Shown here: piece by piece, positions 38,745 through 51,015 of the stretch
How the letters are laid out: every line of letters starts with the position of its first letter
Position numbering within the stretch: the first letter of the stretch is position 1
NCBI GenBank assembly: GCA_951406725.2
Contig: OX597817.1
Coordinates: forward strand, 111,104,001-111,168,000
Source of the DNA: Octopus vulgaris
Taxonomy: Eukaryota
Reading direction: 5' to 3'
DNA: 64,000 nt
Made by a program: the position numbers and the translations under genes
The notes under the pieces: model-generated
Databases searched by the model: none
The model's input: only the letters and a program-made list of their open reading frames with translations
What the model was told of the DNA's origin: nothing

Positions 38745-39065
38745 CTATGGGAGAAGTGGAGAAAGGAGGAGAGATCGAGTGTGGACAAAGTTACGTATCT
38801 GCAACAACTCAATGTAAAATTACCAACACCCTCAAAGTACGGGAAATAAAAATTGAGCCAAAGAAATGGAAGGAAGGAAGCAGATTGCTGGAAAAGGAAG
38901 GAGCAAGTCTAAGGCTGACTCCTCCAGAAGAATTGAGAAATAATGTGGCAAAACGGATGGTAGAATACAGGACATAGTCCACGTCCTCGAACAAGATAGA
39001 GGTTGCCCCGATAGAGGCAATAGAGAAGTGCCTTGAAAATTTAAAAGGTTGGACCACTTTTCAGA
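38745..39065 (+). mobile_element. Foreign coding-like fragment (possibly LINE ORF1) replacing most of gag
   Basis: Near-open frame SATTQCKITNTLKVREIK...MVEYRT*STSSNKIEVAPIEAIEKCLENLKG. It is purine-rich, retains CpGs, and has no gag-like motifs. Confidence 0.4.
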
Positions 39066-39173
39066 CACATGGAAGAAAGTACAACACAGAAGAATGTCAA
39101 TGTATTATTAACCTATGGTAAGATACTGAAAAAAATGGAAAATATTAATATAAATGTACAGGTATGTTGACCT

Positions 39174-41560
39174 ATGAGAAATATGAAAATAAAACAAACA
39201 AGGCCCAAACTGTGTTATGGTTGTGGTAAGATGCACTTCAAAAGGGACTGCTCCTTTAGGAATAAAGAATGTTTTGCTTGTGGAAAAATGGGGCTTAAAC
39301 AGTCGCAGTGTTGGGTGAAAAAGAAAAGGTCAAACAGAAAAACAAATAAAGTGTTTGCAATGAAAGCAGATAGTGAAACAAAAAAACGAAAATTTGTACC
39401 AGTAAAAATTAATAATGTACACACAAGATGGCAACTAGACACATGGAGCGATATCTCAATAATAAATACTGAAACTTGGAAGACCTATGTTCAAGAAAAC
39501 AACGCAAATAGCTCGTGGAGTCTCTGGATAGCAAGTTCAATTCCTGGGTGAATTGATGCTAGATGTAACATTTCATGGGAAGACGTTCAAAGCAAAGGTT
39601 TACATATCAGAAAATACCATGAATCTGTTTGGTACAGATTGGATGGAGACAGTTAATTTGTGGGATTTGCCCATAAACATTTTCTGCAATAATGTGAATA
39701 CATCGCATGCCAGTTTGAACAAGGCATCTGAAAAGTTAAAAATGAAATTTAAAAAAATATATCCTGATGCTTTTTTGGAAGAACTTGGTACATGTACAAA
39801 AGTAAAAGTGAAATTCCAACTAAAAGAAAATGCCATTCCAGTTTTTAAACCAGAGAGAGCTGTGCCTTTTGTGGCACTGAATCAAGTAGAAAAAGACTTG
39901 AAAAACTTGAGAATATTAGTGTAATACAAAAATTAGAATATTCAGAATAGGCAGCACCAACTGTGTACATAAAAAAGAGAAATAACAAAATAAGGGTCTG
40001 TGCCAATTTTTCAATGTGATTAAATGAATGTCTGAAAACTTATAACTATCCATTACCAAGTCTAGAAGAGATTTTTACCAAGCTTGATGGAGGCAAATTC
40101 TTTTCTAAATTGGATTTATTGGAAGCTTATATACAGCTGCTGGTCGAAGAAGAATGTTCCAAGCTGTTAAAGATAAACACACACAAAGGGTTATACAAGT
40201 TTAACTGACTTCCTTTTGGAATAAAAGTCACACCTGCAATTTTTTAACAGGTTATGGATACAATGTTAGCAGACTGTGAATTTGCAATTCCATACCTGGA
40301 TGATATATTAATTAAAAGTGAACCTCATGATCAGCATGTCAAGCACATAAAGTGTTTTTGAAAAAATAAGAGATTACAGTTTCACACTGAGGTAAAATGT
40401 GAATTTTTCTTACCTGAAATTAAGTATTTAGGACAAATTATCGACTGGAATGGATGATGACTGGACCCGTTGAGGGTAGACACAATTAAAGATATGCCTC
40501 CTCTGACTAATATAACAACCTTACAAGCTTTTCTAGATCTTGTGAATTACCAAATGTATATTCCAAAAATGCACAAGCTAAGAGCACCTTTAAACAATCT
40601 TTTGGAAAAAGATGTGAAATGGTGTTGGACTGACGAATGCCAAAAAGCATTTGAAAGGATTAAAAAGGTGTTAACGTCAGAGCTATCTCTAGCACATTTT
40701 GATCCAAAAGTAAAAATGATTGTAGCATCAGATGCTAGTGAGTCTGGGATAGGAGCAATAATCTTACTTAAGTTGGAAAATGGTAACATAAAGCGGTGCA
40801 TATTATCTGGTAGTGGCCTGAAATTTGTAAGTGCAGAAAACCAACTACGAAAATAACTATTGAATTTTTGGATGAAATATTTGCATGTTTTAGTGTACTG
40901 GACACTATAGTGTCTGATAATGGCATGCACTTTACAGCAAAAGAGTTCAAAGATTTTTGTAAGAAACATCAAATGGAACATGTCACTACCCCACCATATC
41001 ATCTGAGGTCAAATGGATTTGTGGAGAGGTTCATAGATACGTTTAAAAGAGCACTGAGGAAAACCAGAAACGAACCATTAGTGGATAATACTGACAAAAC
41101 TTTTACATGTCTATAGAATAACACCAAACCCCAACAGAGAGTTGGGTGTGTCACCCGCTGAATTAATGTTTGCCAGAAAGGTACAATCAGTAAATTGTAC
41201 TAGGAAGGAAACAACAAAAACAGAAGAATACTGTTAATAATACAAACTATCTCTATATAGATGACACAATATTTTTTTAAATGTACAAATATGGAAAATA
41301 AAGTTAGGAACAAGGACGATTAACCAAATGTCTTAGTAGAGTAATATATATGGTGAAAGGGCAGATATGTGAGCATGAGACATGTAAATCAAATAAAAAA
41401 AAGATACACAGAAGGACGAAAAAGGCAGGAAGAGCCTATGGAACTACTTTATTACATATTTGATATTCTGGTGCCACAGGAAAGGGTTGAACCAGTGCGC
41501 AAGTCAACTAGAAAGAGAAAGAAGATGGAGATGGTAGAGATTGATTCTAAGCTAACAAAT
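39174..41560 (+). pseudogene. Gypsy gag-pol pseudogene (frameshifts, stops, internal deletion)
   Basis: Knuckles CYGCGKMHFKRDC and CFACGKMGLKQSQC; protease LDTWSDISII; RT YLDD at 40293-40304; RNase H ASDASESGIGA; integrase SDNGMHFTAKEF...SNGFVERF. The RNase H C-half and the integrase HHCC are missing near 40790. Confidence 0.92.
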
Positions 41561-41671
41561 ATACCAATTTCTTCCCAAGGAAGTAATAAAATGTATGTAT
41601 GTGAGAGGAAGTAATAAAATGAAAAAAATAAATAAATAAACAAAGGGAAAGCCAATCTCAAAGGGGGGAGG

Positions 41672-41918
41672 TGTTGTGTGGGGAATCTGCACACTCCCAT
41701 GATTGGCTAAGTGAACAATACTAGTTAGTATAAATAAGCAGAACAGTCTGGAAAGAGTGTCATATGTGCAGTCATAGTGTACAGGTCATTGCAATTATTG
41801 AATAGAGGTATTGCGGAATGCTTGTTGAAGATACACAGTTGGAGAGTAATAAAAGAACATCAGGAATGTTTGATATTATAACAGTTTAGATATAACTGAC
41901 AAGTTGTACATCATATCA
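41672..41918 (+). repeat. 3' LTR (~247 bp)
   Basis: TG...CA termini, TATAAA at 41729, AATAAA at 41848, preceded by the PPT. Confidence 0.88.
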
Positions 41919-42219
41919 AAAATGAAACAAAACTGTAAGAGGGAAAATAATGATTATTTTTGGATATTTCCAGTTTATTTATATTTGAAAAGTTTCCTCT
42001 TACTTTTTTGAATTGCAAAGTCTTTGATCAGGTCCTCAAAATTAATCTTAGGTAACACATCTGCGTCTGTATTTAGTAGAGATAAAATCATCCTGAACAT
42101 CATCTTAGCTAGTTTAAAGTGATTTCTTTAGTGCCATAAACCATTTACCATTTCTATGGTGCCCCCTCCTTAACTTGATGCCCTAAGCATGTGCTTATTT
42201 TGGTAAATGATTAATCCAG

Positions 42220-42260
<41 letters not shown>

Positions 42261-43304
42261 GCTGTGTGTGTGAATGTTTGTCTTACTGTCTCCTTGCCTC
42301 CTTGCCCTGACATGGTAGTAAACAAGTGTCATAGTCATGCAAGAGGTGTTTCTCATTTCCAATCTGCCATGTAAACATGTATGGGCATGGTGAAATATTA
42401 CTTGAGAATAAGCGAGGATTGGTAACAGGAAGGCCATCCAGCCATACAAAATATGTTCAATCCATGCAAGCAGGGAAAACTGCATGTTTCACACACACAC
42501 ACATGTTATGTGGCCAATATTTTCAACCGAGACTTTACTACCATATCTGATTCTTCAAGTGCTTCAATTCTATGTATATACATATGTCTACTTGATTGCT
42601 GACATTTATCAATGGTTTCTCTCATCGTTTTGATAATGCCATTTTCTCTCAATAGTAACTGTTGGCATTTTTGATGACACGAGTATACTAGTAAATAAAT
42701 ATAAGGCAACTGATTCAGTAAATCTGCTGTTTTACATATGTTGGTAGAATACTCTTTAATACAAGATTATGACTTTCTGTTAAACTTCAAACTCAGTTTG
42801 AAAATCAAAATTAAATTAAACCAAATATTTATAGGGAGAAATTATAGGAGGGAATGATTATTAAAAAGGGAGAAAATGGCTTTTATATTGGTCATTTAAT
42901 TTATAATTTTTTTAAAATGTCAAATATATTTTCAACAGTGGGTGGGTATTTGATTTTAAATGGTGATCAATAAACTATACCTTTCGAATAATTTACTCTA
43001 CACCCACCCACACTTGCTACTTTCTCTCTCCCCTCATTAACCTAAACTTCCTAGCAAGCAATGTAATAGGGTAGTGATGAATTATTGCATGAAATTATTA
43101 TCAAGCTAATTTCTATCGTGTGTGTACATGTGAGTGTGTAATATAGCATTATTGAAAATCATAGACTAATATTTTGCATTCATTGCCAGTCATAATTCCT
43201 TAGGTTAGTAAAACAAAGCAAAAAAAAAACACTGGTCTAAAGATGTGGGTATTTATAACCATGTGTTCTTGTGTTTCTAATACGTATGTGTGTGTATATG
43301 CATA

Positions 43305-43305
43305 T

Positions 43306-43344
<39 letters not shown>

Positions 43345-43382
43345 CACATATATATTAAGTGTCCACTCCACTCCGTAAATAT

Positions 43383-43430
<48 letters not shown>
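43305..43430. repeat. (CA)n/(TA)n microsatellite cluster
   Basis: Direct reading. Confidence 0.9.
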
Positions 43431-43432
<2 letters not shown>

Positions 43433-46400
43433 AGGGATGCTTTAAAAAAGAAGTCTTTACATTCTGTTGTTCCTTTGATGTGTTGTGTATGTGGGACGTG
43501 GTCGATGAATTCTATACTTACATTCTTTTATTGTTTTCTTTGATGACTGTACATGTATGCATATGTCTGTTTGTCTTTGATTTTTTTCTGATTGTTGCTG
43601 CTTTATTTGAGTTGTATATTTAAGTATTTGTATATTCTACACTCATGTGGGTGTGTGAGTGTATGCATGCATGCATGTGTGTGCACATATATAGCCTTAG
43701 AGCCTTATGTGTGTTGTAAAATGCACAGATGTATGTATTTCTCTACTTTAGGCTTTATTTTATTATAAGATTTTTGTTTCTGCTTTCCAATAAAATGCAT
43801 GAATATCTAGTGTCTGTGTGTGCACATGTGCATGCATGGCATGTGTGGGTATGTGCAGGTGTGTGTGCATGCACATGTGTGTATGTGTAATTCTCTGTCT
43901 GGGCATATTTAATTTCTTCAGTGTGAATGTATGTATGAGAGAATGAGTGGAACTCTGTGTGTGCATTCAATTGTTGATTCATTGATGTGCAACAAAGCTT
44001 CTGCCTGTCTCTCTCTCTTTCTTTCAGTCACTTTCTCTGTCTTTCTATCTCTCTCTCACTCTCTCTCTCTCTCTGTTGGATCCTTATTAAATACTTTTAG
44101 AAGGCATGATAGTTAGCTATGATGACCAGGCATAGATGAGTATTTATTGATTTGTTATTGCTCATTAGTCAGAAAGACTTGCCTTTCCAATATGTCCAGC
44201 CTCTCTGGCACCATTCTGACTCACCACAATTCTGTTGAAGATTATTATTTTTTTTTTCTTCATTTTTAAAAAATATCTCCTTTATAATCTTCTTTCATCA
44301 TTCTCTGTGCATTAGAAATTTTTTTTTTTCATTTTATTTTTGCATTATTTCGTTTTGTGTTTAGAGGAGTTGATAAAGGGATGGTTATTGATAAAAAAAA
44401 AATGGTGGATAGATTTATCCTCCTCCTCCTCCTCATCATCATCATCATCATCATTGTCGTCATGGTCATTGATATTTTACATCTGAGTTTTCCATGTTAG
44501 CATGGGCTGGATGAGCATATTTAAGCAGTATTTTTACAGCTGGATGCCCTTCATGTCAACAACCATTATTTATTTTTCGAGTAAGCTATTCCATTACTCA
44601 TCACATGTTGGAAAAGACAAGCCATGAGATGTATTGTTTATGGGAGTTTTAACATCATAGCTTGCACGATGTCAGTGTTAAGACAGGCAGAGCAAACTCT
44701 CCCAGATCTCTCTCTCTCCCTCGCTCTTTCACACAGACACACATACATATGCATATGATGAACTTCTGTACAGTTTCCATCTACCAAATTTCACTCATAA
44801 AGCATTGGCTAGCTTGAGGCTATAGTAGAAGACACTTGTTGAAAATACCATGCAATGGATGCAGCCAAAAACTGCCTGGTTGTAAAGCAACCTTTGTAAC
44901 CACACACTCATGCCTGCATCTGAGTAAAATGTATATTAACAATATAATGAATAAAAGAAATCTTACTACCTTCTTCTGTATACTGCTTAAACATAAAGCC
45001 TTGGCTTATTCTCTTCACCCACTAGAAATAGCAGACACTAAACTCCTTGAAATCCTGTTCTATTGAAAGGAAATATTCAATTCTCTAGTCCCAAAGCCAT
45101 TACATCTGATAAATAGGACCGTATGGACACTGTTGGATCAGAAGCCCTTTTGATGATTGTTGTGAATGTTTAGCCCCAGATCAGTCTTGTGTACCTTGGA
45201 CTACATTATCCAATGTATCCAATTTGTTTAAATTTGTATAGTTTGATGGAGGTTCAACTGCTATTTCTAGCAGGTTAAGCTACCACATCATACTCTCTTG
45301 CCCTGATTGGCTGTTGTTATTGCTTAGCCTTATGACAGTTCAGTTGTGCAGGTATATGATACAAAAGTCATTCTGCCTATGATATTCTAAATTCTTATCA
45401 ACCATGTAAAGATTCCCTTTGGTTGCTGTTGATACTGCTATTGATGATTTGGTGCATTTCTATATTCTAAAGTTATATCTGACTGATACAGATGATAAAT
45501 GGCAACAAGGAAGAGAAAACCTTGGTGAAGTCCCCTTATGTTTAATGACATTACACATACTGTCAATTCCTTTTGCATCAGTGACCCTTGAAATGTTTGT
45601 GCTGTTTAATATCATTTACTTCCTATTCAAAAACCACCTCAATTTATGCTGGCAAGGATAATCTTAAACACAGATGTTGACACTTACATAATAGTTTTAC
45701 ACGTACACACATATGCACACACACACACTCATTGCCACTTAGATCTAATTATAGTGACAAATATTTTCCTTCTGAGATAAATACATACATTTATGAAAAC
45801 ATTTACACGAGTTTATGTATGTCCAAATATCCAACTGAATATGTATCCATATTGTGATGTACAAATGCCCCTTTCCTCCTCATAAAAAATATCATTTTGT
45901 CTCAGCTTTGGTTTTATTTATTATCTTTTTACTCTGCTTTTCAGTTGTAGCTGTTTTAATTTATACATATATTGGAATTCTTTATTGTATTGTTTGATTG
46001 CTTACTTACTTTAATCTGTATGTGTGTGTATGTGTTTTGATATGAAAGCTTTTTTTTTTTTTGAAAATGTATGATTACAAAACTAAGTGTTGTTCAACAG
46101 AATCACTCAACATTATATCTATAATCAGAATGTACTTTTATGGAATATCTTCCTCTGAGTGCCTTATATTTTCTGCAGTATTATTTCCCTAATTTGACTA
46201 AATGAACCAACCAAGTTATAGAATTTGCTTAGTTCAGAACTCAGTGAACTGGTTTAAATCCAATTACTGGTTACAATGCTATTTTTATTTAATATTACAT
46301 GGGCAACACATACATTAACTGTCTGTCAGTACAAATGCTCTTGAAATACAAAAAAGTCATCTCTGTATTTGCTCAACTTGCTAGAATGGCAACTAAATTC

Positions 46401-48951
46401 CTTACCATCTTTAAAAAAAAGGACATATTATTCCTACATATATGAAAGACTGGAAGGTCTTTGATCATACAAATCTGCTCAGTCAGAGCTTACCTGGAGG
46501 CTTCAGTTATTTATTTCTTGCCTCACTAAGTAGTGTATTTTTAATAAAGAAAATATATAAATGAAGTATAACTTATGCAAGCAAGACAAGCTTTTTAGCT
46601 GTTGTTGCAATGTGCAATGGAATACATTGGACAAATATAACTAAATGTCTTTTTTTCATACAAATGTCTAATACTGTATATTTGGCTACAATGGTTAAAT
46701 GCTGCTTGAATTAAGTATACCTTATTGCTTCATTATGCATTTGCTATTCTTGCATTATAACCACCTGACACACAATCTAATCCATTAAAATGTAATGTCA
46801 GTGCCTTTATAACCATGGAACAAATGTCATTTCTACAGTTGTGATCAGATAGACATGAAGTGGTTGCATCATAAGAAAAGCCAAAACTCATATTCATTTC
46901 TTTCAGTCTATATTTCGTTGGCAGGAAGATGAATCCCTGCTGCCTCTCGCATTTTAGTGTCCATTATTGATAAGACCAAACAAGGCCAAAATCATGTGAT
47001 CGAGGGGTTTTGGTGTTGGAGGTAGTGAGAATTTATCTCCCCACTAGGGGGCATTTTGCATCAAAAAGCCCAATGTGAGAGTTTCTCTTATGGAAGCTAC
47101 CACAGTATAGCTTGTTCTAGTAGCACATCCATGTTTAGTGGGGCTAAATATTACCCCTAGGTTAATTTATGTTCCCTCTGTCACTAAAATATATATATTT
47201 CTTTTATCATCCATTCTGTGCAATATGGAGTATTAGTTCTTTTCCACACTCATTATGTTCCCTTTATGCAATCCTTTTCCATTTCTGGAAGAAATGGACA
47301 CTGTGACTGGGATGCATAACATTCTGTCAGCACTGCATAGCTGAATTTGAGAGGGACTGGGGAGAGAAAGGGAAGTGGGTGCAATAAATCTCAAAACTTA
47401 ACTGGTACATATCAACTCCATACAGATAAGCCAAAAGTTGAATTTTGTTAGATTTAGGCTCAAAATGCAAAGTGCTGCAATATTCACTTCAAGATATTTG
47501 TGCCAATCAACATAAGTATTTACTATGGAGAAAAAACAACATGCTATTTATTGTTGTTCATTAGATGTCTGTCAGCTATGAGATCAACTGGATCTCTAAT
47601 CAAAGGTATTCCAGTTGTGCTGATCCTACTTTTAAGTTATGATTTCAAAATAGAAATTTTCCAATTAGTCCTTTTTTTTTTTTTTAAAGTGATAAGGATG
47701 TCATTTTGAGGGATATTTGGCTGCTATTTCTAGCAGTTTGAGCAATTGCTTAGAAGCTATTTTGTTGATTTGATGCACTTGTGAATTATGGTGGTGATGG
47801 TGGCACTGGTGGCTGTGGAAGGGTGTGTGTGTTTGTATGTATGAGTGCTTGCTCCTTAAAATATCTAATAATAGGTCAACCCATAATGCTAAATATTCTT
47901 GTAACATTGCGTCTTATCTAGGAAAAAATATAGGCAGATATAACTGAAAGTTCTTTGCATGTGTGTATTGATGGATATCTCCTTAGGAATAGTCTTTAGT
48001 CCCAGATTGTTACTATTTCAGTCAAAATTATAAATGTCACAGACTGAATTCTTTTAGCCTGCTCAACCAAGAATGCTTTAATGCTTTCCTTCCTACGAAT
48101 ATCACCAAAAGAGAAATATTTTTCATTCAGGAGCTGTGTATACATTGACATATTTTCTTTGAATTCCATCCATTTCACTGGGGGTAACACTAAAACACCA
48201 TTCTCTTTTAACACTACACTGAGACAAAAAAAACTGTTACAAAAAGATTTTCTTTCTAATTTTGATTTTGATGGAATCTGAACTACTGTTGAAATATCGC
48301 TACACATGCCTAGTCTTTCATTTCACTTGTCAATCACCATTTATTTATTTTTCATGTGATAGTTTCTGTATGTGCTGTTTGGCTTTATTTCTTTATATAT
48401 ATATATATATATATATGCAAAATCAAAATAAAATTTAACTGAAAGGAAATTCAAAGACAAATATCAACATTGTGAGACATACAACCAGTAGTTACATTGC
48501 TGGGTTATAAACCAAAATATATATGACATTGCAAATGTAGAGTTCCTTCATTTCAGATGTGTTAACCTTTGCTAAAGTTTGTTTTATGCTACAGCTGTGA
48601 TATTGAGAAAATTGTTGTGTGTAGTTACATATAAAATGTTTGGTATCTTTCTAAAATTGACAATTTACAATTTGGAACTGAAATCATTCTTGTCCGTTTG
48701 ACTATATGAAAGTGTGTATGTGTGTGTATATTTATATTATCAGTTAGTTGCCAATATGTCAGAAGAAAAGAACACTCAATATGTGTATATATTTTTATTT
48801 ATCATCAAGTAGTATATTACCAGTTATAGCATATAGCTTGTCAGATTTTGACCAATGGTTTCAAGCCAACTGTTGCAATAGGCAATATTGACAATTTAGC
48901 CATGCTGGTTGGAAGTGCATAACCTCTTTTATGCTGAAAAAAATATATATA

Positions 48952-49340
48952 TAGGTGCAGGCATGGCTGTGTGGTAAGAAGCTTGTTTTCCAATCACATG
49001 GTTCTGGGTTCAGTTCCACTGCATGGCACCTTGGGCAAATGTCTTCTACTATAGCCTTGAGCTGACCATATCCTTGTGAGTGGATTTGGTAAACAGAAAC
49101 TAAAAGAAACTTGTCATGTGTATGTGTGTGTGTGTGTCTGTGTTTGTCCCCCCACCATCGATTGAAAACCAATGTCGGTGTGTTTACATTCCTATAATGT
49201 AGCAGTTTGGCAAAAGAGACTGATAAAATAAGTACTAGGCTTACAAAGAATAAGTCCTGGGGTTGATTTGTTCAACTAAAGGCAGTGCTCTAGCATGGCC
49301 GCAGTCAAATGACTGAAACAAATAAAAGAATAAGAGAATA
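48952..49340 (+). mobile_element. Full-length tRNA-derived SINE with internal (TG)n microsatellite
   Basis: tRNA-like head tggctgtgtggtaaga...gggttcagttcca; core ccttgggcaaatgtcttc; internal TG run; tail gcatggccgcagtcaaatgactgaaac-aaagaata. Partial copies lie near 32160(-), 44745(-), 51040(-) and 53915(+). Confidence 0.88.
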
Positions 49341-49466
49341 AGCTCTGAATGGCTCAGTGTTGAAAAGAAATGTAATGAAACATAGTGAAAAATTATAGCA
49401 TCTTTTGTGGTGGGTGGGGAATGAGTTATTTCTCATGGGTTTATGTTAGCTTGTTAGTTGTGTGTG

Positions 49467-49499
<33 letters not shown>

Positions 49500-50900
49500 A
49501 CATATGTTTCCTAATCCAAAAATGGACACAATCATATCACTAAAATGAATTTCCACTCATGAGAACAGCATTTACTTTTCACTCTACCCTTATTGAAGGA
49601 TCTACTATGCTATTCTTTCCATTAGTGATTGTTGGTATTTATCACCCTGTCAGTCTTGTTTAAGCTGACATGTGATTTTAGGCATTCTAGCTATGACCAT
49701 CATTTTGTATGCCACTTACTTGTCCAATGCATCTTTCCTGTTTCTAAAAATAGCAGGATGTGATCTGAAGGATTTGGCTGTTATTTCTTGCAGATTGAGT
49801 GATCATTTAGAAAACCTCTCATTCAGAGGATATAATGACTTTGAACCCAAAGCAGTGAACTTCCAAATAAATATGTCAAACATCCAGTAAACTTAAAATC
49901 TCATTCACAAATTGCCTCTCTCATTTTTGTGAATCTAGAGTGCACCGTATGACTCCTACATTTAAGATTTGATCAATAGGACTATGGGCTTGATATATCC
50001 AATTATTAATTCAATAAATGTTTGAATGTGAGCCTATCAAGACAACACTTGAACTATTCAACAAAATATAGCCTCAGTAGTATAATTATTAATCTCAGTT
50101 CTCAACTCAAGCATACACATACACTTATTTAGTACACCAGCCGAGAACAAAGAAAGACGCAATTCTTGTATTACTGTAGAATGAAACCCAGGTTGTCAAT
50201 AGCAAACACAACTATTGAATTTTTCAAAATAATCCTATTCGTTCAGTTATTTACTCCTGTAGCTAGATAGTCTTTTTTATCCTTCTGCTTGATATATGTT
50301 GACATTTTTATTTTCCATTTAAAAAAAAGAATAAATTTAATTTAACAGGTCTTTAGTTATTCTAATGTTGTTAATAGATTAACGATAGATTATGTTAACA
50401 TATTAATTTGTGGGCTTGTGCTATTTAAGATTAAGTATTATTTTCCACCAAGTCTACTTTATTATATGTAACACGTATCTATCCTTTGAAAATATCCCAT
50501 TATTTTATTTGGTTATCTATTTAAATACTGTAGATTTTATCTGCAATATTGACATTGAGTGATTCATATGAATGTATAATGTGGACAATGGACCAATTGT
50601 ATGAGAGGTTTGTTTTTGATACAAAACTACATACATATGTGTGTGCACATGTGTGTGTAAAGAAAATTGCAAAATTCTAACAAAGTTTACTTAAAATGAA
50701 TTGTAGCATAATATGACAAAGAATATAAAAAAATAGTTTGTTCAATTCTAGTTAATTAATTCCCAAATCTGTATGTTCATATATGACACTTGCTTGTGAA
50801 ACAGAAATTAACTGTTTCAAGTAAGGCAATATTTTGGCATGGCCAGATATGTTTTTGCAGGAGATTGAAAATATAACTATTGTATGACATCAAGACAAGA

Positions 50901-51015
50901 GCATGCATGCACACACACATGCATGCACACACACATGCATGCACACACACATGCATGCACACACACATGCACACACACATGCATGCACACACACATGCAT
51001 GCACACACATGCATG
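50901..51015. repeat. 16-bp catgcatgcacacaca minisatellite (internal repeat of a minus-strand SINE at ~51040-51165)
   Basis: Direct reading. It explains the local HACTHT ORFs. Confidence 0.85.

Larger units (their letters stand above)
38470..41918 (+). mobile_element. Decayed Ty3/Gypsy LTR retrotransposon
   Basis: LTRs start tgttgt at 38470 and 41672, and the 3' LTR ends ...tatca at 41918. PPT aaaggggggagg at 41660-41671; near-TSD aaaac/aaaat; domain order gag zinc knuckles-PR-RT-RH-IN. Confidence 0.93.
38356..42224 (-). mobile_element. hAT transposon remnant interrupted by the Gypsy element
   Basis: Minus strand ~42090-41985 reads LSLLNTDADVLPKINFEDLIKDFAIQK..RKLF (hAT dimerization-domain C-terminus). 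The end ttaatccagcacta lies at 42211-42224. Related ccc.aagca(c/t) subterminal motifs occur near both ends. Confidence 0.65.

Noticed and set aside
46907-47021. Candidate exon after tttctttcAG
   Set aside because: All three frames contain stops and the donor is weak.
48952-49030. tRNA gene
   Set aside because: A/B-box-like head without a full cloverleaf, continuing into a SINE body. The same applies at 14065 and 54029.
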